From Pelagomonas calceolata (taxonomy: Eukaryota), in assembly GCA_918797485.1 (NCBI GenBank), contig CAKKNE010000004.1:4464001-4528000 (forward strand): a stretch of 64,000 nt of DNA. The letters are read 5' to 3'. Position 1 is the stretch's first letter; the number at the start of each line of letters is the position of its first letter. The translations under genes were made by a program, and so were the position numbers. The notes beneath the pieces were generated by a model, which saw only the letters and a list, made by a program, of their open reading frames with translations, had not been told where the DNA came from and searched no databases. Below are positions 34,791-44,500 of this stretch, one piece after another.

Positions 34791-35118
34791 TTATACTTGC
34801 GCTTCGCGGGCGCGGAGGATGGCTCGCGCGTATCGCAATTTGTCTCCAATCGCTGCTGTGAGCGGGTGCGCGCCACCCATGACGCGCCGCGCAATCCGTG
34901 CCGTCTCCTCAAGCGTCGTCACGGCCTCACGGAGATCGTCGAGCGAGGCGCTGGCGTCCTTGTAGAGGGCCTCCGCGTAAATCCACTCCATCCTGAGCGT
35001 CTCCATATTATTATCTCCGAGAACACGTTGAGCCACGGGTATTAATTTGCGCAACAGTGCCTCGGCTTCTTTGAAGCGCTGTAGTTCAATAAGCAGCGAA
35101 GCGTAATTGCCGGCTTCT
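34791..35118 (-). pseudogene. 5'-truncated fragment of the MYND/TPR family (C-terminal part only)
   Basis: NYASLL..RFKEAEALLRK.IPVAQRVLG..SLDDLREAVTTLEETARIARRVMGGAHP closely matches the C-terminus of 39200-39976; no credible start. Confidence 0.75.
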
Positions 35119-35594
35119 CTAGGCAAAAACACGCCGCGCGACGCGAACGCTCTACAGACGCCCCGCCACGCAAGATGATCCTCACAAATTGCGCCGCCTG
35201 CGCCGCCCCACTGGCCCACGACGCGCCGCGATGTGTGAGATGTCACACAAGATATTGTAACAAAACTTGCCAGATGGACCACTGGCGCCGCGGCCACAAG
35301 CAGATCTGTAAGAAGATACACCGCGGCGGTAACGCTGAGCAATACCACGCCGACAAAAAATACAAGGAGGCCGTCGCGGAGGCTGTCGAGGCGTGCGCGG
35401 CCGACACCAAGGGGCAGACGTGCTACATCTGCACGCAAGCCCTCCACTGGAAAACGAAGGAGGGTCTTGTGCGCGGATGTTCGTGCCGTGGGACGGCGGG
35501 ATTTGCCCACGTGTCGTGCCTGGCGGAGCAGGCGAAGATTTTGCTCGCCAGGGCAGCAGAAGGGCAAGAAGGGCAAGGGCGAGGGTGGATGGAG

Positions 35595-35715
35595 AAATAC
35601 CACCCGTCACCCGCACGGGTCGTTTCCCTCCCGACACCCTTCATTACCCGCACCCTTACCTGCACCCTTACCCTTGGCGCGGGACGGGCACCCTTACCCT
35701 TACCTCACCCTTATT
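35595..35715. repeat. hAT left subterminal repeats
   Basis: Multiple CACCCTTACC / CACCCG units. Confidence 0.8.
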
Positions 35716-35876
35716 TGGGGGTCGGCGAATTTAGTGTTTTTCGACGTATTAGAACGCGCTATTTTATAGGGGGGGGTCGATGGAGGGCTGCGCTGCACGA
35801 CGACGACTGCAGCGCGCGCGGGGCTTGTCGGACTCGCCGACGCGAAGTGGCAGGCATCCGTGATGAACGGTGCGGT

Positions 35877-38747
35877 TTACCCTTCGTCTCTGAATGCTTC
35901 CGGATCGGCTCGGAACATTTCCTTGTACTTGGCGAACACCTTCTTCAACACGTCGGGACCCAACCATTCGATGTTTCTGGCTACCTTAACCATCATCGCA
36001 GCAATCTCTGGACCCAACACCTTTCTAAGCTTCGAGGCCAACATTCCATGCGTCGAAAAGCTACTCTCACTCACACCCTCAGTCGACTGGTCGGCGAAGA
36101 CTTGCCGGGCCATGTTGTAGTGGACGGGACGCAGGGACTGGCCCTGGGAGTAGAAAAGCAAAATCTCGAACTTCCCGTTGACGATGGCGCGCTGCACGTC
36201 CGGGTGGTCTCCCTTTCGCTGGCGAATGTCGTGAATTTGATTCATCTCGTCCGTCGCAGGCACTTCGTCGTCGTTCTCTTCATCAGAACTCAATGGGTCC
36301 TCCACCTCGGCCATCAGACTGTCAAAACCATCATCCCCGCTGCGTCGCTGCTGCTTCTTCTTCTGGCCTCGGCGGAGGCTCGGCGGCGCAACACCGAGGA
36401 ACCGCTCCGTCTCCCGATATAATTTCTGATAGGCCTTGATCATGCGTGTTTCGAGGGGCTTGCTTTTCAGGATCTTTCGAGGGTCTGTAGTAACGTCCAT
36501 ATGTAGTGCAACGAGGTCCCGCTCGCAGATATCATCTTCGAAGAAGCCCTTCTCGACCTGCTCCGCGAGCAACGTGCGGGTAATCCGCGCCACCGGGGGC
36601 AGGTCCGCCGCCATCACTCTCTCTCTTCCTAGAACCATGCTCTCGCCTGACGTGACCCATTTCGTCATCGTTACAGGGGTCCTTGAGGACGCGTTGATCA
36701 CGCCGCGGGCTAACTTTAACGTGAGGTGCACCGTCGGTTCCGTCGAATGTTGGATGAGCTTGTTAAAGGCACGGGGGGCGCCCAGCGCGGTCCGCAGCCC
36801 ATGCCCGCCGTTCCAAGCCTTTTTATCAGGGAAGCGCTCCGCCGCGCGATCCTCCCACTTCTTTTCCCGCGACGGCGTCGCGTGGCGCACGTCTGAGTCT
36901 GAAGAAGCGTCCGAGAGCGAGTCCTCCTCGAGCGGTAGCTCCGCGTCGGCGTCGACGGAGCTCTCGTCGTCGTCCAAATCCATCATATCGAGCACGTTGC
37001 CATTGATGAGTAGGGATTTCGCCTTGTACATAGGTATCTCGAGGTCCGTCGAACGTTCAATAGTGTGGTGGATGCCGTCCCAGCGCGTCTCGTTCGCTAC
37101 AACAGTGGTCTTGGCCGAGGCGAAGTCCTGGGCCAGGCCGAGCTTGACCTGGAAGTCCTTCTGCGAATTGTCGAACTGGCGACACTTCTTCACGAACGCC
37201 GCCCATCGTTTGAACGTCTTCACTAAACCGGGCCCCTCTGGATTCAGATGCTGCGATGTCTTGGTCATGCCCAGGGCGTAGAGCACTTTGCGGCCCATTT
37301 TGTGGGCACCACAGTATCGACCGTCCTTCTTGCCGAGGCGCATGGCCTTCCAGTTCGCCGAGCCGCCGTCTATCGTCGGCGACCCGACGTCCTTCCGGTA
37401 GTCGACGCCGTGCCGCACGCACAACGAGTCTACAAACGAGTTGATGGCCTGGCCGTCCTTCGCTAGCTTGGCGGGCCAATTTTTGTAGCCGAACTGGAAG
37501 GGCTGCATCTGGAGGCACCCTTCGACCACAATGATGATGCTGCCGTTCACCGAGATGTACGTGACGCCGTGCTTCGTCATCATGTCGAACTGCATGCCGA
37601 TACACTGGCCGCCGACCTCCCGGACGTGCCGCTGCAGGCGCACGGCCTTCTCGTCGTCGCAGAGGGCGTCGAGGGCCTCCAGGATGCGCACGCACGTCTT
37701 GCGATCTGGAGGGACGTAGCCCGGCTTGAGCCTTCCAGAGTACTTGCGCATGCCCTTCTTTCTCGAGCTGTAGAACGGGATGCCGTCCACGCAGCACATG
37801 ACCACGAAGTCCACGTGATGAGTAAACGCCTCCTCGAACGAGAGGCGTTCTACAACGTTGCCGTCGACCACCATGCGTTTACTAGTGCCCTTGATGTCGC
37901 CTCGTTCGACCATCTTCTTAAACTCCGTCGAGTGATTATCCCTCATGTGGTTGATGAGCGCACCAGTACTTCCGTCCCACACGGTTACCTGTGCACAAGC
38001 ACCCAATAGGTCCCCAGTCACCCAACAGTTCGCGCGCGTATTTCACGGCGACGCGCTTCGCACCGGATATACGCGAGGCCATCACCACGCCATCGAGAAG
38101 ACGTCGCGGCGATGGCGTGACGGTCGACGTGATGATTCAGCACGAAGAACGCAGTGGAAACTGATTGATGCACCGGTTGCGGCTGGATGATTATTGCACT
38201 TCGGGTCGCCGTGGAATTCATCCCTACAGACGAATTTGAATTTGCGCGTCGTCCTGCCTTTTCCATTCGTTTTCGTCTCCACTAACTCAGCTTTTCTAAA
38301 ACACTTGCGGATGGCGGCCCTGGAGTTTTCGAAGAAATTGGGCCCTTCGTCGTCGGCATCTAGGTCCGCATCAGCAGCTTCGGCCGTCTCGAGCGCGGGC
38401 ACGGGTGCGGGCGCCGGCGCCGGCGGCGGCGGCGGCGGGTGATCCTCCTCCCACGCGGCGAGGAACTTGCTGTATTCCGAGAGCCCGATCCACTCGCAGT
38501 CGCCCCCCGTCGGATTATGCTCTTGATCTTCCGGGCGCGTTAAGACGAAGCCAAACGCCGGCTGCGCATTCCTTATCCCTTTGAACTTGTGCGCCCCATC
38601 TATTTTCACGACCTCGATCGGGTAGAGCTGCTTCTCCTCTTCTGGAGTGCTGCCTTCCCAGAACGAGCCCGGGATGCTAAATTCCTTGCCGATGTGCTGC
38701 TGCATGTCGGTCTTTTTCACCTTCTTGTAGTATAGTTGCGGCGGCAT
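35877..38747 (-). CDS. hAT transposase, about 892 aa, 2 exons (intron 37989-38180)
   Basis: BED-like C..C..H..H split by the intron; candidate catalytic D (QFDMM, TIDGG), CGAH (CxxH), NETRWDG, and a dimerisation-like region ARQVFADQSTEGVSESSFS. Confidence 0.88.
37989..38180 (-). mobile_element. Introner-like GC-AG intron inside the transposase
   Basis: GCAACCGG / GTAACCGT 6/8 direct repeat; CACGCCATCG and CGATGGCGTG palindromes; ends TGTGCACAG; contains in-frame stops; removal gives NNHPA-VTVWDG. Confidence 0.75.
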
Positions 38748-39039
38748 GGTTTAGTGGTGCTGCTGGCGGTGGTCTGTAGTGGTGCTGGTGGTCGTGGTCG
38801 TGGTGTAGCGCGCGGCTGGTTTGGATCTCGCAGCGCAGCAGAGCAACTACTCACTGTACGTGGCACGGGTACTCGATCGCAGCAGCGATTCTCGGATGGA
38901 GCGGCGAGCTCCGCATGGAGCCGTGGAAATGCACACCCGGGCGGGCCCGCCCGAAACGAGTCCAGCGTTGTTCGAGGCACCGCTCCAGAGGTCTTTCGAG
39001 AAATGGCCCTTCGGGGAAAAGGGTTGATGGAGTTTCCCG

Positions 39040-39175
39040 CGCGCCCTTACCCTCGCCCTTCGCGAAACGCCTACACCCTTGACTCACCCGCACCCTTACC
39101 CTCACCCGCACCCTTCCCCCGAACTGGACACCCTTCACCCTTACCCTCGACGGGTAAACACGGGTAAAAGGGTGT
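39040..39175. repeat. hAT right subterminal repeats
   Basis: Multiple CACCCTTACC / CACCCG / CGGGTA units. Confidence 0.8.
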
Positions 39176-39994
39176 CGCCCTTGCCCTTCTGCTGCCCTGT
39201 TGCTCGCGGAGGCCGAGGAGAACAATTTGGACATCAAGGCGAAGACTGAGAGGTTCCGCCGTTGGGATACGTGTAGCCTGTGCGAGCAACGGTACCATGG
39301 CGTCGTCTCGTGCGCGCTCGGATGGGCGTGTTGGAAGACGTACGTCGGGCGGCCGGAGAGGGACCAGCTTCGTCGCCCTGCGATGGGCGTTCTTGGGAAC
39401 GGTTTAGCCGAGGCAGAACACCACGAGGACGCGTTGTCTGTGGAAGAGGCCAAGTTGGCTATGGAGCGGCGTGTTGGCGCGTCAGCATACAGCATTCTCG
39501 GAGCGCAGAGCAATCTTGCGACCACGTATGATAAACTCGGACAACACGATCAGGCTCTGCGGATGCGGCTCGGTGTATACTCTGAGCGTTTGAAGCTCAG
39601 CGGCGAAGAACATAGAGAGACCCTCCTAGCGGCCAACAACTGCGCGTTCTCCCTTGGTGTTCTCGAGCGCTTCGAAGAGGCCAAGTCGCTGATGCGCAAA
39701 ATGATGCCCGTGGCGCGACGCGTTCTCGGCGAGAGTCATGAACTCACGCTCATGATGCGCTTGAATTACGCGCGGTCGATCTACAAGGACTGCGGCGCCA
39801 CGCTCGACGATCTCCGCGAGGCCGTGACGACGCTCGAGGACACGGAACGGATTGCACGGCGTGTCCTCGGCGGCGCGAACCCGGGCACAGTTGGAATAGA
39901 GGATGGATTGCAAAAGGCAAGAGCCGTGCTCCGCGCGCGCGAAGCCGGGCAGAAAGTAGTCTTCGTAAGAGAATAACTCTAGAAGTAGGCTCAA

Positions 39995-40056
39995 GCTCAG
40001 GCTAGTTACATCGCGGGGTCCCCCGTACCCCTCCCGCTCCCCCCGGGCCCACCCGT
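39995..40056 (+). repeat. 62-bp dispersed intergenic repeat, copy 2
   Basis: GCTCAGGCTAGTTAC(A/G)TCGCGGGGTCCCCCGTACCCCTCCCGCTCCCCCCGGGCCCACCCGT. Confidence 0.92.
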
Positions 40057-40086
40057 CCGGCTGGACTAGGACAAGGGCTGGTGTTG

Positions 40087-40109
40087 CTAGTGTCTTTACA
40101 GACCGCTAG
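40087..40109 (+). promoter_or_regulatory. CTAG-N15-CTAG upstream box
   Basis: CTAGTGTCTTTACAGACCGCTAG, ~115 bp before the K+ channel. Confidence 0.6.
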
Positions 40110-40223
40110 CGCGGAGCTTCAACCGAGTATAATCGCTGTGATCGATGGGCATTGCAATCAACCACCCTGCGCCAACGCATCGCTCGGCATCGGGCGCAGG
40201 GTGAGCTTGCAGCTCGCGCACGA

Positions 40224-41570
40224 ATGCGGCGACCTGCGCTATGCGCAGCGGTGGCCGTGAGCAGCGCACTGCAAGCGCTGCCGCACGCCCGGCGGCGCAC
40301 ACCCTTGCGCGCCGTCGACGACGAGGCACAAACCGCCTACAACCCGTCCACGGAGATACTCGACGAAACCAAGAAGAAGGGCTTCCTCGCGCCCGCGCCG
40401 TCGCCGACGGCCGCCGCTGGCGCGCGCCGCGCGGCCGAGTACCTCGCGAACCCTAGATTTGAAGTGCTCTCGGCCGCGATCACGTTGCTCTCGTGCGCCG
40501 CCTACGCGTTCAACACGTTGAATGACCTGCCCGAGACCGTCGCGACGGCTTTACCAGTACTGGAAAAGGGGGCGTCCGCGTTCTTCTTGGCCGAGTACCT
40601 GGCCAGGTTTTACTCCAGGGGCTTCGACGCGCGGCGCGGACCAGCGTACAAAAAAAGCTCTCGTGGCCTAATGGACAAGGCGTCGCCCTCCTAAGGCGAA
40701 GATTGCGGGTTCGAGTCCCGTCGTGAGTAGACTGGTCCGCTTTCTCACAGGTTCCCGCTCGAGGCGCTGAACGTTGTGGATTTTGTGAGTTTCCTGCCGC
40801 TGTTCGTGTCGTCGTCGGCAGATACTTACTCGTTCTTGCGGTTGTTGCGCGTGCTGCGCTTGCAACGGTTGCTGACAGATGTGGAAACCTTCGCGGAGGT
40901 CCGGGAGGCGCTGGGCCTGTCGTCGACGTTCGACAGGTCCAGGGTCGAGGTGACGCTGCAGCTCGCGCGCGTCTTCTCCTCGCTGTTTACATTACTTTTC
41001 GTGGTCCGCGCGCCGGCGTCCCTATACAATCACGTCAAAGACCGATGACGAGAACCATGCTGGCACCAGTCCTAGCGGACGGTTTGCCCCGTCCACCACA
41101 CGTGCGGAGACACACACTTATTGGAATTACCGTCCGAGGTCACGCTTCGCTTCACGACATATGTCTCCTCCCGTTATTTCGCGACAACACTATGTTCCGC
41201 ACAGGCGTCGGGGCTCATCTACGCCGCCGAGTCCGGCTCGAACGCGCAGATCTCGGACTTTTTTGATGCATTGTACTTCGGGCTGACTACTTTAACGACC
41301 GTCGGGTTCGGCGACATCACGCCCGTGACACCCGTCGGTCGTCTTATCGTGTCCGCCTCCACCGTCGTCGGCATCGCGCTCGTACCTTTACAATTGACGG
41401 GCCTCGCGGAGACGCTCCTCAAGGAGACGCGCGCGCGGGAAGCCCAGCAGAAGAAGCCCATGGGGTATAGGGTGGATCGCCTCGCGCGGAGGTGTGAGGT
41501 CTGCTCGGAGAAGGCTCACCGGCGGGACGCGCGGTTTTGCTTCCGGTGCGGCGCGGAGCTGCCGCCCTAG
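40224..41570 (+). CDS. Voltage-gated-type K+ channel with C-terminal zinc ribbon; introns 40634-40750 and 41004-41204
   Basis: S4 RLLRVLRLQR; pore ALYFGLTTLTTVGFGDITP; CEVC..H..DARFCFRCG; N-terminal targeting peptide. Confidence 0.88.
40657..40729 (+). tRNA. tRNA-Arg(CCT), intronic
   Basis: Cloverleaf GCTCTCG/CGTGAGT (one T-T mismatch), D-arm GCCT/AGGC, anticodon arm TCGCC-CTCCTAA-GGCGA, T-arm GCGGG-TTCGAGT-CCCGT; intact A and B boxes. Confidence 0.93.
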
Positions 41571-41592
41571 TGTTGTTTAATCTGATCACATG

Positions 41593-44500
41593 TTAACCGA
41601 AGGGGTCGAAGGACACCGCTGCGGCGGGCGCCACAGGCGGCGCCGGGCTCGCAGCCGACAGGCCGGCGAGGATGTCCTCCTGCGAGATTTCTTGCGGAGG
41701 CGGCGGCGGCGAAGCGCCCCGGCCCTGCGCGGCCAGGTCTCCCGAGCTCTGGTTCGGCGTCGGCAGCGCGCCGAAGATGTCCCACGTCGCCGAGTCCGAG
41801 CGCGCCAGGTCCGGCTGCGGAAGCGGCGCCGACTCTTCTTCCGCAGGCGGCGCCACCTCTTCGGCGACAGCGGGGCTCGCGCCGTATCCGTCGTCGTGCT
41901 CTTCAGCTTGCGCGGCGCGCGCCGCGGCAATCGCCTTCTCCAGCGGCGCGTGGAGCAGCGCGAGGTTAATTGGTGTGGCGGATGGCGCCGCGGCACCTTT
42001 GGATAGGGCCGCGTCGAGAGCGGTGAGACGTTCCTCGAGCGGCGTCGCCGGCGCTACGGCAGCAGCTGCGACGCCAAACGCCGCCGCGAACAGGGTCTGC
42101 TTCGTTGGTGCAGGCGGCGCGGTCGGCGCGTCCTCGAAGGCGCCCCAACCGTCGTCGTCGCCGGTGCTTGTGGCGAAGTCGCCGAAGCCGTCGTCGTCGT
42201 CGGCGTCTGCTGGGGCCTCCTCCGCTGCCTCGAACGCTGCAAAGCCCTCGTCTTCGCCTTCAGAGGCGTCGTTATCGTCTGGGGCGGCGTCAAATGCGCC
42301 GAAGCCGTCGGCGTCGCCGTCCGCGGCAGACTCGAAGGCTGCGAAGCCGGCGTCCGGTGGAGTACCGTAGACAGCATCTTCAAAGGCGCCGAAGCCGAGC
42401 TCGTCCTCCTCCTCTACCGCCTCGGTGGCGGCCGGCTTCGCGGCAGACTTCGGGAACCGCTTCCGCGCTGTATCTGCCTCGACGGGCTCGGGTGACGTCG
42501 CAAGGCCGCCGTTGGGCGTGATGGTCGCGTCGACGTCGGCAGCAGGTGTCGGTGCGTCGGCGCGCGCCGGAGTGTCCGTTGGGGCCGCCTCAAAAGCCGT
42601 GAAACCGTCGTCTGCTTCTGTCGCCGCCGGCGCGCAGGGCTTGCACACGATCGCCGTCGGCGGTGGTGGGCGGCTCGCATCCCCGGACGCAGCCGGCGCG
42701 TCGTCGTCGACGGCGGGCTCCATCGTACCCGGGGACTCCGCGTCGCCGTCGGCCGTGGGTTCCTGGAACGCGGCGAAGGCTGTCGGGGGCGCCTCGGTCG
42801 CATCGCCCGGCGCCGACACGTTTTCGAACGACGACGTCTGGAGGGACCCGTCGCCGGACGGCGCGCCGGGGCTGGCGTCTTCGGCTGATGCGGCGGCGCC
42901 GTCGAACGCGGCCCACGCGTCGCCCTCGGTCGGCTCCGGCGCGAGGGCGGCGTCGCCGGCGGGCACGTCCGTCGCCGCCTCGAAGGCGTCGGCCGTCGGC
43001 GCCGCCGCCGCGGGGGCGTCGTCGGCCGCGACCGGCTCCGGAAATGAGGCCCAAGGGTCCTCCTCCGCCACCGCCGGTGGAGGGTCGCTCGGCGCCGCGT
43101 CGGTCTCTGCGGGCGCCTCCTCGAACGCTGTAAAGCTCGGGTCGTCCGCTTCCGCCGGCGTCGTGGCGGCGTCGGCGTCTGCCAAGGCCGTCAGCGGTGC
43201 TTCAGCGAACGCCTCGAAGCCTCCGTCGTCAGCATCCGCTGCTGCAGCTTCCGCCGCCATTGGCGCCTCCTCGAACGCAGCAAACCCATCGTCAGCCGCT
43301 GTAGGCGCCGGGGCGTCGGCATCAGCTTCTGTCAGCGCAGCAGGGCTGTCAGTATCATCGGGGCCATCCGCGGTCGCCGCCGCGTCGGCCTCGCTGACTG
43401 GCGCGGCCGCTGCGCCACTCGGCGGCGCCAGCTCGTCGAAGGCCGCCCACGGATCGTCAGCGGCCTCGGTGCTCGCGGGTTCGGCGGCCGGCTCGTCGGG
43501 CGTCGCGTCGGCCGCGGGCTCGGCAGCATCAAATGCGCCAAAGCCCTCGTCCGCGTCAAGCGCGGCGGGCACGGCGGCGGATTCGTCGGCCGCGGGCTCC
43601 GTTGCGTCCGGCACGCCGTCCTCGACCGGCGCAGCGAGCTCGCCGCCGTCTGTCGGCGCCTCCGCGAAGGCCGTGAAGCCTACGTTGTCGGCTCCGGCCG
43701 CCGCGTCGTCTGCGGGCGCCGCCAGTGGTGCCTCCGCCACAGCCGCGAAGGACAAATCGTCGGCTTCCGCTGCCACCGCAGGGGCGTCGCCCGCGGGCGC
43801 CGGCGGCGCGATCGCGTCGAAGGCGGACCAGGGATCGTCGGCGTCCTCCGTGGTTGCGGGGGCGGCGGCCGGCTCGGGTGCCGCATCGGCTGCGGGCGTG
43901 GCGAAGTCGCCGAAGCTGTCATCGTCGTCGCCGTCGGCAGCTAGTTCCTCTACGTTGTCGGTGGCGGGCGCGGCGGCGGCGGCTTCTTCCGCCGCTGGCT
44001 CCGTCGCGTCTGCCACGCCGTCCGCGGCGTCAAATGCACCAAAGCCCTCATCGACATTGTCCGCGGTGGGCGCGGCGGCAGAGTCGAACGTGGCGAAGCC
44101 CTCGTCACCGTCCGCGGCGGCGTCGTCGAGCGTAGGTGCCGCGGGTGCGCTCTCGACCGGTGCCGCAGAATCGGGCGGCGCGATGGCGTCGAAGGCGGAC
44201 CAAGGGTCCTCCGAGGTTGCCGGCGCCGGCTCGGGCGGCGGCGCGTCCGCAGGTGCGGTGTCAAAATCGCCAAAGTCCTCCGCCTCAGCGGCCGGCGCGT
44301 CGGCGGGCGGCTCCTCGGGGGCGTCCGCGAACGCAGACCACTCGTCCGCCGCGGGCGTTTCCGTGGGTGCCGCCTCCGCCGGCGCCCTGGCCGGCGTGTC
44401 GACATCGTACGCTTTGAAATCTTCCTTCGGCGCGGCGGCGCCGGGCGTCACGGCGGGGTCGGTGTCGGCCGGCGGGGGTGAGGGAATGGACTCGGCCGGC

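Larger units (their letters stand above)
35549..39199 (-). mobile_element. Full-length hAT-superfamily DNA transposon (3,651 bp)
   Basis: Perfect 20-bp TIR CAGGGCAGCAGAAGGGCAAG at both ends; perfect 8-bp TSD TTGCTCGC (35541-48, 39200-07); CACCCTTACC subterminal repeats; internal transposase. Confidence 0.95.
35175..39976 (+). pseudogene. MYND finger + RING-CH-like + TPR-like gene disrupted by a hAT insertion (35175-35548 joined to 39208-39976)
   Basis: Removing the element and one TSD copy gives continuous ..AEQAKILLA-EAEENNL..; MYND CAAC..CVRC..YC..CQ..HW..H..C; CYIC..CSCRG..HVSC..CSLC. Confidence 0.88.

Noticed and set aside
35119..35603. N-terminal part of ORF 34791-35603
   Set aside because: Antisense to the MYND gene and hAT TIR; only the last ~110 codons resemble a protein family
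35640..35712. CCCTTA repeats as telomeric or interstitial telomere sequence
   Set aside because: Irregular, present at both ends of the hAT, and better explained as subterminal transposase-binding repeats
35549..36422. C-terminal part of the 415-aa ORF 35175-36422
   Set aside because: Read-through from the host gene into the transposon end and antisense transposase
35549..39199. This hAT as the direct autonomous partner of the introners
   Set aside because: TIR identity is limited to about 3 of the first 5 nt and introners lack its subterminal repeats; kept only as a superfamily-level hypothesis
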